Shown here: positions 23,770 to 37,554 of the stretch, one piece after another | Position numbering within the stretch: the first letter of the stretch is position 1 | How the letters are laid out: the number at the start of each line of letters is the position of its first letter | NCBI RefSeq assembly: GCF_006345805.1 | Contig: NC_042997.1 | Coordinates: 61,876,001 to 61,940,000, forward strand | Length of the DNA: 64,000 nt | Reading direction: 5' to 3' | Source of the DNA: Octopus sinensis | Taxonomy: Eukaryota | Program-made: the position numbers and the translations under genes | The notes under the pieces: generated by a model | What the model saw: only the letters and a program-made list of their open reading frames with translations | Told to the model about the DNA's origin: nothing | Databases searched by the model: none

Positions 23770-26270
23770 TTGCCTTTGTTTATGGTAACCATCTTACTGA
23801 AGATTTTCTATCAATCTACTGTGATAAGCTACAATGCATTGGTCCTGTATGTATGTCTCCTCTGCTTCCTCCTCTCCTTCTCTTCTGCTCTCTCCCTGTC
23901 CATCCATTTGTTTTTTATTGCTTGCATGGGTTGGGTGGGTCTTCTCTGGAACAATGTCTCATCACCTGTTGTGGTTTTTTTCATCATCTTTGTGAGAGAG
24001 GTTTCAGCCTCTGGAGATTAGCTTTCATTGCTTCCTTTCATGTCCTCCTTGGTTCCCTTCTAGTAGCATTACTTTAAATTTCTCTCCTAGATTGTTATCC
24101 TTCCTATGCATTGTATATCTGTGCCAGCCCAATCCTCTCTCTACCATATTACATTTGATTCCTCTTGTACCTTATTTTTCTCTCAGCTTGTTTGTGCTCT
24201 ATCATTCATGCACATTTACACATGTAGCATGCTCTCTGCCCACTTTTTTTTAACCTTCTCATATCCTCTGCATTCAGTGCTCAGGTTTTATTACAATGTA
24301 GCATTACACTTCATTCTCAAGAATCATGCAATCTATCCTTTAGTAGGAGAGAGCATTTTTTCCTGTTATGTACAGTTCCCCAAAGTTTTTTCATCCCATT
24401 CTTAGGCTCTTGTACTTTCAGAATGTCATTCTTTTCTTTTAATTTGGTCACTTAGGTAATAAAAACTATCAACTACTTCCAGGGTACTCTCTGAGCATTT
24501 GAAAGAATTTGTAGGTACTCTTACTGCAAATTACTACTGAGTATTTACTACAAGTCAAGTCTTTCTTCTTCATCCTACTTGTAACCACATTGTATTTCTT
24601 GTGTGCTCACATTTTATAATGTGTGTTTCTTATGAAATTCCTTATTACTCCTTTTCTGTATATCAAGCATGGAGTCTTTAGTAGAGACTTGTCTTGTGTC
24701 TTAAACTTTTTGCCTTTGCTGGGTTTACTTTTAGAGGTTTCAATTCTGGATTTGGCTTCACATTTGGAATTGCTTCTCTTGTTCTTCAACAGATTTGGAT
24801 ATGAGAACTTGGTCATTTGTAGGTAGAAGTTCCTATGAACAGATGGTCTTTTGATAAAAACCCACTTGAAACTACCTCTGGCTTTGTAGTACAAATGTCT
24901 TTTTTTCAAAAGTTCTGTATTAAAATCTTCTGTCACAATTTATGTTCCTAATTCAAGCTTAATGATAACTAAGTTATTTTACTTAATTCTTTGTTATATT
25001 TAAAATTAATTGAAAGAAACACAGAGCATCTCAACAGAAATATGATAATAAAGGGGTTAAACTTTTCATGTACAGTCTATGAAAGCATAATAAACAGAAA
25101 GCAGCTAAGAACTGAGCTCTGATGAACATTTATCTGCATACCTGATTCCTTATTCAACTCATTACTAATGCTCACTTTGTTGATAGCACATCTGTACATG
25201 ATGTGCACAACTCACAAAAGATATCCATGTACACCTTGTTTTCCTAGCATCACAAGACTCAAGAGCATGCTCTTCAAAGGCCTTCTAGTCAGTAAATACT
25301 TGGCATAGTGGTTTGTTACTAAGTGGGCGTAGGTTGTATCCCATTCTGAGTTGCATTTTCTCTAACCTAATTTTCTTCCTAATTAATTGTGCTATAACTA
25401 TTTGTCACTTTCAATAACATGTTCCATCAGTTTGATGCCTCTGTAGTTGCTTCTTTCGAGAGCATTGCCTTTGTCCTTGTAATTGTTGATGATGATGATG
25501 ATGATGATACTGCCAATCAGTCATTGGATCAGATCACTTTGTATACTGCCTGCTATGCAAGTAACTAGTGCATGTCCTACTTCACTGGAAATTTTCAGTA
25601 TCTCAGTATCCTTGATGGATGGGTTGCTGTTGCTGTCACCTTCTTAATGACCTTTTCAGTTGTGTAGCTGTCAACTCAGTTGTTGGTCTCTTTTGAGTTT
25701 CTTATCCTCATTCAACAACTTCTTGTAATAGTATTTCCATACTTCTCATCATTCAGTTAGTGTAAATATTCCACTATCATTACATACACTGTTTTTCACC
25801 AATGACATCTTTATTCATACTGATCCATTACTTTGCAATCTGAAACTTTTCACCTTTGATTCTCATGTTGCCATACTTTTGGCAAAACTCTTTCTGCGCC
25901 TCTCCTTGCTATGTATACTTGACGTAGATATCAAATATAGTCAATTTCTCTTCATGTATATGTAATTCCTCTTCTATCTACCATGAATGGTTCCTTTCTC
26001 TTCCTTTTGTTTTGTTCTGAGCTTTCTGATTCTAGCCACCGTACCAGTCCAACATATCACTGCCCATTTAGCTAGGATTTTACTTTAATCCATGAATCTA
26101 GTGTGTGGTTTGCACCAGGTTGTCTCTTAAAAACTTGGTTGTCCCATGGAAACTTGCAGTCATTTTGTATATTATAGGCCTCTTACTCTAATCCATGTGT
26201 TATTAGCCCATTATATTTCATCTTTATTTCTAATCTAACCCATTCTGATGCAGACCATCACTAGCACCCT
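23770..26270 (-). mobile_element. Degraded RTE LINE (APE end, linker, RT, C-terminus) interrupted by a MITE at 24846-25060
   Basis: Minus-strand remnants VHQSSVLS (QGSVLSP), LKVNPAK, PCLIYRKGVIRNFIR (decayed zinc finger), VVDSFYYLSDQI, KDVIGEK; many stops and indels. Confidence 0.7.
24846..25060. mobile_element. piggyBac-type MITE family 1 inserted in the RTE RT domain
   Basis: Reverse homolog of 6944-7171; ends AAAGGGG|TTAA at 25057-25060. Confidence 0.7.
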
Positions 26271-27364
26271 AATCCTAGTGACCTATTGAAATTGAAGTAG
26301 TTGTGTTATCTTCATTTCTTGACTTTGTCACATAATTTTGTGTTTGTCTGTGTGTGGTTATTTGGCCACCTAGAAATAACAACCAAATCTTCCTTAAACC
26401 ATACCTTAGTGTCTTAGAAAAGAACCAACACATTGAATAATGTTCTGAGTGCACTGTACTTGAGAAAAAAACTGAGATTGTCATGGCTGGCATGCCTTTG
26501 TTCATAAGTCTGTTAAATTTGGGGTTGACCCGGGGCAAAACAAAACAAAATAAATTCATCAGTTTGAAATTTTTGTTTTAAAAGCACTCCTTACACTTAA
26601 AGAATTGAAAGACCCTAAAAAATAGAGAGTAGTCTTAAACAGATTGGCAAATTCATATTTGAATATTGTTTCTTTATTATGGATAATTTAACTTTTTTTT
26701 TTATAATTAGAAAATTCCCTTGTGAGAAGAACCAGTTCTTTATATTTAAATAAACTGAAGGACTAATTTTGTTCAAGTATAGATGATCAATTGCCACCAG
26801 TATTTTCTTAACATATTAAAAAAATTTTTTTTTTTTGGAAATTCAGGATGTTGTTAAGTTCACGCAAGCTATAATTCCTCTGGAGAAAAATACACATGTG
26901 AATTGTGTATTGATATTTTATGCGCTGTGTGATTGAGACAAAGCAAAGCCAAGGACAGTGTGTTGACTTAAAGAAGTAGGTTATTAGAAAATTAAGCTGG
27001 TATTTGGTAATATCACTTTATGTTTTCAGGGAATCATTAGTTTGTTTTTTATTACTGCTATCAAGCAGTTCATAGCCATTTCTAAGGTTATTTTATTTTT
27101 GTATTTTTTTTTTCATTATCTATCACTTGTCTTTGCCTCTCACCTCTTCCTGTCTTTCCCTCTTTCTCTTATATAAGATACACTCCACCCCTCTCTCTTT
27201 ACAGTGATAATCCTGTCTCAGTAGTTTTTTGAAACAAAATGTATTTCCTTTTCTTATTTAGTATTTCTTTTACTACTGAATTAACCTGATTTTGTTAAAT
27301 TCATAAATTTTCTCTTTTAATGTGTTGATGTTTTAATAACTGAAGAATTACAGTGTTAGACTTT

Positions 27365-27790
27365 GAACACTTACACATGTATATGGCTGAGTGGTTAAGA
27401 TGTTCACATGGGAACTACATGGCATAAAGTTTCTTCCCCACTTTGTGGCATTGTTGACTGATGTCGTCTGTGGCTACGAGCTGGCCAATGCCTTGTGACT
27501 GAATTAGTAGATGGAAACTATAAAGAAGCACATGTGCACATGCGTTCCTTCTTGCCTTGACATCTGTATACTGATCAAAAACAGTCATTGTTCATACAAA
27601 TGGTGTATATTTGATGGAAATATATCTGGTCAGTGAGCTGTTTGAAGCGTTAAGAGAAATATTAATCTTGTCTTGAAACTTGAGGGTTGCTGACAGGAAG
27701 AATGTCGGGCTAGAGAAAATCTGCCACAAGTTATGTCTGGCTCATGCAAGCATGGTAAAGTGGTTGTTAAAATGCTGATGACATTGATGA
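27365..27790 (+). mobile_element. SINE family D, old full-length copy
   Basis: Head TGGCTGAGTGGTTAAGA, GTAGATGGAAACT, tail CATGCAAGCATGG..GTTAAAATGCTGATGA. Confidence 0.65.
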
Positions 27791-28189
27791 TGATTGTGAT
27801 ACACACACATGCACTCAATTGACTGTAGACTATATTTTGGTATGTGAGCATATATAAACAAATGAGAGACTAAATAAATTAGAAACAGACAAATATTTTG
27901 GTATATTACTAAATGAATAACTGGATGTTTTTGGAAATCCTAAGAATAATTTTCTGTATCTATGTCTACCTTGTTACTCTCACTTTGTGTGCCTGTTTCT
28001 CTCTTTCTCTGCCTGTCTGTCTCTTTCCCAAAGAAAGTATGTCTTTATAAAATTACTTAGTAATTGTTTCCCGAGATATCAGAACACTTTACTGGATTAC
28101 AATCTCTCTTTCAGCCCCATGTGCTCCTTACACAAATGCACATGTAAATATGCACATGCATGTGCTTATGGTTGCCCACTGAAAATCCA

Positions 28190-29030
28190 TAGTGGATCAT
28201 CTTTCCCTTCATCCTAATCCTTGTTGTACAACTTCAGTTACAGACAGGACATGTAAGTGTTTAGTTGGAAGAGCCAATTCTAATGTTATGTGCAATGCTT
28301 CTATGCCTGTTTCTTATGGTAGAATTGAGAGTGTGTCATTTTCTTTCATCATTGGGAATACCCAAATGAGTGGCAAACAGTGAAGTACTTTTGAAGGATT
28401 GAAGCGGTTTCTTTTCAAAGTGATCTTCACTTGGCCATTGTACAGTTGACCAAGAAGCAGATAGCTATAGAAGATCCTATGGGAGAGGTGATGGAACAAA
28501 CAAGATAAGTCTACTGCATTTTTGAACCATCTCAGTTGATGTATATAATATGGGTTCTTTGGTGTTAGTTCAGCAGAAGATTTTTTTGTGCACATAATCC
28601 TATCCTGGAAGTAGTATTAAAGACATTCAGGCTCTTAATGTGTTTGCTGCATGGGATCTATGTCTTGCACTCATACAGTGTATAAGAATTAGGGTATGGT
28701 GGTTGAGATGGTTGTGTAGAAAATCTTTCTTTCTGGGCCTTTCAAAGTATGTGGAGGCCTACCTGAGGTGGTTGAGAACTTCATCAAGTATGTAGTTGGA
28801 AATGATACTGTCATAGTTTCTTAATTGAATGAGTATGACTAGTTGTTGGTGTTGAGTTGACAAAAGTGGGCAGGTAGGTGAATTGTGCCAGTGTACCATT
28901 GACAATTTTTTTTGTTAAGTTATGATTACCTGTAGGGCTTCCAAAGTGTAAGTTATATGAGTAGTCATCAGCATACTGTAACTCAGTGATCTGTTCAGAT
29001 TTGAGCATACAACTGCCCACAGCAATTGTA
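28190..29030 (-). mobile_element. Second RTE-clade LINE fragment (BovB-like RT C-terminus)
   Basis: Minus-strand ITELQYADD, FTYL, HQLRW, RIFYSYL..G; decayed. Confidence 0.65.
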
Positions 29031-29619
29031 TGTTGAAAAGATTTCTGTCAAGTTTGAAGTTAATAGTGGCCAAACACATACACACAGATCACATGCACTC
29101 ACACGCTCACATATGTATGTCATGTGTGTATACATACACATTCATACATACACATAGCCTCTCATCAATTTCATTGGCCTTAAATGGTCTTGGTTACTGC
29201 CTTGTCACCTGACTAAAAGATAAAAAAAATACATGCTTATATATTTATATAATCATTTCCCTCTATCTCTACCTGTGGTAGAATGCACACCATCATTAAA
29301 ATTGTTGCCTCCATTTATGTTATGGTATATTGGAAAGGGTGTGTGATTCTTGACTCTGGAAATCTTAAGTGCATAGAACCATCAAATAATGGTCATGTAT
29401 CTGCATGTACTTTAGCACCAGGTAATCAGATTGAATGGACTCTCAATCAGAAGTCTATTTGTTTGATCACCTTTTCAATTTTCTTTTGCCAGGTGTTCAA
29501 TGTCATTTGTGTGTTTAGTTTGACAGATTGTTTCAGATAATTTGAAGCTAGATCTTTTCTACTCCAGTTTATTTTCTTTAGTTAAAGAAAAAATGGTAAT
29601 TTGTGTGTGTATGTGGGCA

Positions 29620-29945
29620 AATGTCTTCTACTCTAGCCTGGGGCTAGCCAAAACCTTACAAGCAGATTTGGTAGATGGAAACTGAAAGAAGCCTGGTGTG
29701 TATATGTGTGTCTCATGGTAGTTGCAAATGAAGGCCACTGTCATACAAGCTGTGTTATTCATTTCCAATATTCTGTGAAAACATATCTGGCCATGGGGAA
29801 ATATTACCTTGCTTGGAAAGAGGTGAGGGTTGGCAAAAAGGAAGGGCATTCGGTCATAGAAAATCTGACTTGAATAAACTCTCTCTGACCCATGCAAGCA
29901 TTGGAAAAGTTAGGAATTAATGATGGTGATGAAGATAATGACATG
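29620..29945 (+). mobile_element. SINE family D, 5'-truncated
   Basis: GATTTGGTAGATGGAAACTGAAAG..GGGGAAATATTACCTTGCTTGG..CCATGCAAGCATTGG..(TGA)n. Confidence 0.75.
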
Positions 29946-30247
29946 AGAGAGAGAGAGATAGGGTGATAAGTAAGTACAGTAGTGATATAGTGGTTTGTTT
30001 TTAGTACTGATATATATATAGTCCAGCTATCTTAGCCAATGAAAGTTAAGTGATGAGATATCAATTGTTAAAAAAATTTCAGTCAGTTCCATACAATGTC
30101 ATAACTGCCATTAAGTATGGAGATTTCTCACAATGATATGAAATTGAGGTTTTTTTTTTTTTTTATTACCTTTCCTTAAATAACTTTTCAAGGTTAACTC
30201 TCATTCTACATTTCACTTTATTTTCTCTCCTTGTTCAATTTTTTCAG

Positions 30248-30360
30248 GTGCAGGAGCTACTGCAGTGGTGCAAGCCGCGTATTGCCGCCCCAGGAATGAA
30301 AAGATTGCCATCAAACGTATCAATTTAGAAAAATGCAATACATCTTTAGAAGAATTGCTG
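30248..30360 (+). CDS. OXSR1: OXSR1/STK39-like kinase, internal exon (Gly-rich loop, VAIK lysine)
   Basis: Polypyrimidine tract and ttttcag acceptor; phase 1 entry; translates (G)[37 protein letters not shown]; donor CTG|gtatgt; 113 nt. Closely resembles OSR1/[38 protein letters not shown]1 versus STK39 cannot be resolved. Confidence 0.96.
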
Positions 30361-31997
30361 GTATGTGTATTTCTTTATTGTAAAAACTTTATTTTTCTGT
30401 CATGGAAAAAAAAAACAACCCATAAAACAAAAGACCCTGCAAACACAAGCCTGCACACATTAAAGAGTAATGTTCCTCTGAATGAGAACATGACTTCACT
30501 AGTTATGTTTGAAAAATAGCAGTTGGGTCACAGTGTGCGTGAGGCCAAGGAGCTGACCCACCAACCCATTGCCCATTAAGTGCTGAGTTCAAATGTTATG
30601 CAATTATTGTATTATTTTTATGCTCTTTATTCAGCCTGCAACTTCTCATAAATATTTATGGCTAAGTAAAAATTTGTTTACATTTTGCCTGGTGTGTTCA
30701 ATGACACGCACACACACATGCACACAGAGAGAGAGAGAGAGACAGTGGAGGTGGAGAGTATCGGCTAAGATTTGTACTACTACTACAACAATATAGTTAT
30801 ATGTTGTAGTATATTTGTATTATCTAAAAACCTTCTGCTTAGTGCTTTAATAATTAATTAGCTGTCAGCTAAGCGCTATTTCAGTAAAGTCCTTTATAAC
30901 CGGGACTATATATACAATTTCTTTGTCAACAGAAGACAACTCACCTTCTGAAGAACTGTCCCAAGTGCCACCAAAACGGTTCAGATTGATGGCCTTTTTC
31001 TACCTGCTTAGTGATTGTGTAGGTATTTGTCTACATCTACATGATGCGTTCGATTACATGCACGTGCACACACACTGTCAACTAAGACTTATAGATACTG
31101 TAGATGTATACTCTATAGTATATTATATTATTAAATAATTAGGACAACCAGTTGTAAAAATACTTACTCCAACAATTTGTAAACAGCTTAAGTTGCAAAA
31201 ACGTACTCCACCCATGCTAGAATTGAAATAAAATTATTTGTATTTATAGACATGTTTACATTTTATATTTAAATTCATCTATCAACAATTTATATCAAAC
31301 CTTCTGGGTTTATTAACTATTATAGGCTGTAGCCTATTTTAGGGTGATTTATATAGATATCTGGCCGACTTAATGCCATTAAACTGGAGCTAGATGTTGA
31401 GATTTCTTAATTCCTCTTGAAGTATTCAGAAACCTTTACTTGTATCAATTTCAAAATATATTTTGTTGCTAAATTTTAGTGGTGGAATTGGTTGACTAAA
31501 GAACCCTATCTTATTGGTATAACTACTGTAGCACTCCACGTTCCAGACTTCAGTTACTACTGAGACCAGGTTAGCTTTTTGTGTGTGTGTGTGTGGGGGG
31601 GGGCTGATGAAAGAACACATAATACAAGGTTTTGTAATGTAGTTGTATAGTCCAAGTGTACTCTAATATGACAATGGCCTAAGTATTTTCAAATGGTATT
31701 ATGGCTAAATTGCAAAGCTGGATATTTTTTGACCTCAATGCTAGAAAACTTAAGATCATTGAGATATTTATCCTAATTAAAGGAGAAAAAAATAAAGAAT
31801 AAAAAAAAAGTACTCAGTACACTCAATAGAGATTATTATTTTTTCAGAGCTGAAGCTTAGTTGTCTTAGCTAACAAAAACAAAAAAAAAAAAAGTCTATT
31901 CTTACTTTACACGTGGATGTATGGGAGTACAAGGGGAATTATAACTCAGCTTTGGTAACATATATTCTGATACAGAAACATTCTAACCTAAAAAAAG

Positions 31998-32130
<133 letters not shown>

Positions 32131-32299
32131 ATGGTATAAAGGAAAAACATAAGAAAAGTGATTCAAATTCTAAAAAAAAAAAAAAAAACTGATGCAAAAC
32201 CAAATCATTGAATTGATTCACTGTGAAAGTAATGTTGCAAAGCAGGATCAAGCCAAAATAATTTTGAGTACAAAGGGTGTTTTTTTTTGTTATGGGTAT

Positions 32300-32720
32300 G
32301 GAATATGATTGGTGGATATGTCTCTTTAGCAAAGTTGTATCCCCAAAACTACTTCTCTTTAGGAACAGAAAATGCTTCAGTTTTGAACAATTAATGACAT
32401 TTTACAAAGCTCAAATGAGTCACACTCTAGAAAACAGCTCCCATACACTTGGTGTTGAGGATAAAGCTGCTACTACCCATACAAACACCCAAAACTACTT
32501 TCAAAAGAAAGCCACATATCTGATTGACATGGAATCATTGACCAATACATTTTAATTTTTTGCTTAGAGATGCACTGTCTCCTCACATTTGTTTTTCTAC
32601 CACTACTACAATGGCTACTGCTTCTTGGTGCTTGGTGGTTGCTTACCACCTTCAGCCAAACCCACCTGAAACATCTTTCCTTTGTTCTCTTCAGCTTAGC
32701 TTAAATTCACCTCCCCACAT
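32300..32720 (+). mobile_element. Old CR1-group LINE 3' fragment (different family)
   Basis: LMTFYKAQMSHTLENSSHTLG..QKKATYLID..YHYYNGYC resembles the YKAQIRPxLEYxSHxW..FYxYYNG C-terminal motif. Confidence 0.55.
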
Positions 32721-35029
32721 ACTAGAAAAAAAGAAAATAAACAAACAAAAACAAAAGTTGATTTCCATTCATTTCTAACATACTCACTTGTCTATAAATT
32801 TAGTAGGAAGGGCTTAGTCAATTATATCCATTCTGCATTGTCTATATTTTTCAAAACTTTTGATCAGCTGATCTTATTGTAGTTAGCTTCTCTGTTTTTT
32901 AGCTTGAAACAAAACATTTAATTTGATAATCTCAGTTAACTGAAGATTTCCTGCGTGTTCTATCAGTTTAAGTATGCAGAACACCCCAGAGTTATTTTCT
33001 TTCAGCTATATTCTTGATCCCTGTAAATTGACTGGTATTTCTCTTATCCACCCCTGAAGCTTAAAAGGCAACATTTGAACTCAGAATGTAATTAGTTGTA
33101 ACTAAATACTAACTATATATTTTGCTTGGTAAGTAAAATTGACCTAAGTAAAATTAATAAAATATTGAATCTGGATCATAGACTTAGCAGTTGCCCACAT
33201 CACTTCAAAGTGGTTTCTTTTGACATATCAACACCAGTTTTGCTAAAGAAATCAACCTATTATTTTATTGATTCTGGGAAGATGTAATTCAAAGCTCAGT
33301 GGGTTAGTAAACAACTACTCTAAGACATTGTTCAATAAACCACTATATTTGCCAGTAATAATTATAATAATAATATCTTTGGCTCAAAGCCATAAATTTA
33401 CATGAAAGGAATTAAGTCCAATACTTGATTGTTACTTATTTTATTGAGCCAGAAGGCATGCAAAACATTTAGGTTTGAATTTAGATTGCAGAGCGATTTA
33501 GGTCTGAATTTAGATTGCAGAACAACAAACTAAATGTTAGAAGGTGTTTTATTAGTTGGGTGTTCTACTGCTTAATAATTACTTCTGATGTAGCCATGGC
33601 CATGTGATTAAGAAGTTTGCTTCAGTGAAACTGAATTGGATTCTAGCCTTATAGGAATATCTACTGGGATAGTCTGTTCTTTATTTCATCCTGTGATTTT
33701 TTTACCTGTAAGTTGGGCCATAAAACAAGCCAATCTTGAATCCTACATAGAGAGAAAGGAAAGACTTAAATTGTATACTGCAAATGGTTTCCCACTTGAG
33801 AGCCACCTCAGTATTGTCAAACAGTTTTGCAAGGACACTGAGACGTTGTTTTGATTAGAATAATGTGAGGCAGATTGAAAGTAAAATAGAGGAGAGGATT
33901 TGGAATTCATGCAAGATAATAGAAGAGTTGGACAACTTTGCATTCTACAAAAACTTGAGCATCAATGAAGGTAAAACTGACAGTGAAAGCTGTCTGAAAT
34001 AATAAAGCAAAATGACTAGTTTGATGATCAAAAAGATTTTGATTATTTTCCTTTCATTAACATGAATGCAATTTGTGCCATGAACTTATTTGCAATGCCA
34101 ACCATAACTCAGCTCTTTGATACCGAACTAGATATATTGAGTTTCCACAGACTGTATTACTAGACATCTACTTGTCAGTAAGCAATGCATCAAGGTAATT
34201 ATTTAATGTTGCCCCCTCCATATTTCCAACTTACAAAAAGACCTGCTATGTGACCTTGTTGCTAAATGTGCAGTAACAAAATGCTTACAAGGAATTGGAT
34301 TAGAGTAAACCTTAAAGCAGTAACAACAGCAGACATCTCGATGGTACATAACTCATCTTTGCTGAACAGTGAAAAAGCTAAGGTCAGTCAGTGTTTTGAC
34401 ATTTTGGACCCCCCCCCCCCCACCACCACCACAATGACAAATGTCTTTCTGATGATATCGACTGAGGTAGAAATGTGTTCACAACTGTCCTCTTATCTCC
34501 AGACAATAAGCCCTTTTCCTTAATCACACCAACTTGGGAAAATTTGTTTATTCTTGAGATTATCTCCCCTTCTGATATGTGGCTGGTCTTAATTGCTATT
34601 TGATAATTATGACATTTTCTCTAGAGGCAGAAATGATTTTAATAAATTAAAAATTTATGTTGTATGGTATTTGATGTACCTGTATTTGTCTATGTTGTTC
34701 AAATATATGCCTCTGACCTCTCTGAGTTATTTCTCTTAGCTCATTTTGTTCCATATGCATGCATGTATGTATATATGAATGTATGCATTCATGCATGCAT
34801 GCACATATGCATCCACCCACTCACCCATATATGCATGCATGCATCCATTCCTCATCTAGATATAGAAATTTGGCTTCAATGGGGAACATAACGGCATGCT
34901 GAATAGATGAACAGGCCCTCACTGCTGAATTAATTGAAAGGAATATCTATATCTTCTACAAATAGATGACAAATGTCTCCTTTGTGGTTTATTTTCTGAA
35001 ACAATACACGACATTATATTAGGATGTCC

Positions 35030-35390
35030 TGAGATCCTTTTGAGTTTTGGGCCTCACAGAGGCAATGTCTGAGACCTTTGGCATTATGTCGTGCTTGGGA
35101 AGACCCATCAAACCGAGCAAAATCACAGATGTGACAGATACTGGTGTCATGGAAATTGGCACCCATGTCAGTGGAACGTAAAAGCACCTCGGTGTCACAC
35201 AAATGGCACCCATGACAGTGGCACGTAAAAGCACCCATTATATTATTGGAGTGGTTGGTGTTAGGAAGGGCATCCAACTATAGAAAACTATACCAAATCA
35301 GACTGGAGTCTGGTGCAGCCTTCCAGTGTGCCAGCCTGGTCAAACTGTCCAACCCATGCCAGTATGGACAATGGACTTTAAATGATGATG
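35030..35390 (+). mobile_element. RTE LINE 3' end
   Basis: GGCCTCACAGAGGCAATG..GGCACGTAAAAGCACC repeats..GGAAGGGCATCC..CCAACCCATGCCAGTATGGA..(TGA)n. Confidence 0.75.
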
Positions 35391-36429
35391 CCCTAACTTC
35401 AACAAAATAGTAATGTATTAAAGGTGCATCACTTGAAAATGATATGGAAAGACAACAAATAGAATGAGTTTTATTAATGAAATCAAATCCCTGTTGACCC
35501 TTAATACCATCCATATTTCATAATGTATGTCAAAGCATGTACTGACATAAAAGTTTGAGAGTTACTGAATTGAAATGCTACCTGTGGTTGTTCTAAGTAT
35601 ATAACTTAAGTATATAGCATATCAAAGCGATGAAACTTCATACTCTGTTTTGGTAAACATTTGATCTATTGTCAAATACAAACATAACCCGAGGCTGACA
35701 GGCCCAGAGTAACGACCTTGAATGACATATTTACCAAGAATAAGTAAATGGAGAATGCGAAGGTTATGGTGATCTGGGTTGATTACATAACGGGATGGAC
35801 TTGAGTTCCGCTTGGCAAATCCAAAGCTTTTATTAAGGATCAAGAATGCATGTAATAAAAAAAAAAAAAAAGCAAACATTGCATCAACTGATGTAGTGTC
35901 TTAAAGAAATGTAGGTTATTTTGAAATGAGGAAAATGATTAAAAATAAATGAATAAATAAAAATATTAGTTTGTGGAAGATAAGGATAAGAAACTATGCC
36001 CATGCCTTTTAGTGGCTCTTTTAGTAGTATTATTTCTATAGTTCATGTTCAGATAGAACATTTGCAGGGAAAATATTAGATGTGGATTATTTGTTAGTTT
36101 TCTTTCTTTTTTTTTTTATTTTACTGTCAACACTTCCATAGCTAATAATGATGTAATTGACAAATGATCAATTATATTCTTGAATAAAGTTAGTTGCTCT
36201 TTTCTGGCAAAGTTGACTTTTATTAGCTTCTGGTAAATAAGAGTTCTTGCAGTGAATCTGCAAACAATTATGAACTTTTCTTTGCTGTCCCTGCTATATG
36301 AATGTTAATCTTGCTGTTGGTAGATATAGAAGGAACTGTTCCACAATCACGTTCACATCCAATATGTAAAATGCAGGCATTAACAAATTTTCTTATCGTT
36401 TACACATTACAATAATCATTTTAATAATC

Positions 36430-37065
36430 CTTTTTTACTGTAGGCACAAGGCCTGAAATTTGTGGGGAGGGGACTAGTTGATTACATCAACTCCAGTGTT
36501 TCACTGGTACTTAATTTATCAACCCCAAAAGAGGCAAAGTTGACCTCAGTGGAATTTGAATTCAGAAAGTAGCAACAGATGAAATTCTATTAAGCATTTC
36601 ACCCAGTGTGCTAACAATCCTGCCAGCCTGCTGCCTTATTAAACCTTTTAATAGTAACCTGATTGAGACTTCTCCTGGTTCAATGATACAAACTTCCTGT
36701 TTTAAAGTTAAAACTTTCCATTAAATTTCCAAACAGCAGCTTAATAATGACAGTTATTTTACTAAATTATTATTTTCAAAATTGTTTGAATCAAAGACTG
36801 TACCAGAAATATGAAAACAAAAGGGTGTGGACATCTTTCAGTATTGGTTTCAAATTTTGACATGAGGCCGGCAGATTTTTTTGGGAGGGGCCAAGTTGAT
36901 TAAATCAACCCCAGTACTCAACTGGTACTTATTTTATTGACCCCCAAAAGGATGAAAGGTAAAGACCACCCTAGTGGAATTTGAACTTGGAGCACAAAGA
37001 TGGACAAAATACTGCTAAGAGCATTTTGCTTGGTGTTTTAACGATTCTGTCAGCTTACCACTTTA
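36430..37065 (-). mobile_element. Two SINE family A copies (36430-36640, 36845-37065) flanking a MITE fragment
   Basis: Reverse-complement central domain in both copies. Confidence 0.75.
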
Positions 37066-37554
37066 AGGACGTTTTTCAATATTAATTTGTATTCTTTTTT
37101 CTCTGAAAGTAGGCGAATTGGCAGTTAGGGATATTGGGTTCTTAATACTAAAGTTGTGGTTTTGAATCCTGGACTGGGAGGCATGTGTCTTTGAACAAGG
37201 CACTTCATTTCATATTTTTGGTCCACTCAGAGCTATCACATCCTAGAGATGGAGGGCTAAGAGAGTTTCTCTATCTGCTTGTCTCTACATGATCAGTCAC
37301 CTAAAGCAGTTAATAAACTCATGGTATAAGCTATGAAGTCACCCTCAATTCTAAGAGGTGGCAATTGTGAATATTTTTACCCTAGACATTACTAAACTTA
37401 AAAAAAAAAAAAAAGGGTGGGGGCTGGAGGATCTTTGCATTTCAATGTCAGTCAAATCTTTTGGTGTAAGTGCATTTCTTTAAATGGAATCCTTGACACA
37501 TACTACTAAATATTGGTTTTAGAGATAATAATTACCATTATAGAATATATATTG

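Noticed and set aside
26821-27000. Strong-looking acceptor (T-run then attcag|G at 26847)
   Set aside because: No convincing donor or kinase-like reading frame follows.
1-30247. Kinase exon 1 (expected W..xxDDYEL.EVI-G, phase 1 donor)
   Set aside because: A manual scan found no matching coding segment; it is probably upstream of the window, though a divergent exon could have been missed.
35627-35698. C/D snoRNA candidate (GCGATGA..CTGA)
   Set aside because: Box C is imperfect, there is no terminal stem, and no recognisable rRNA antisense element.
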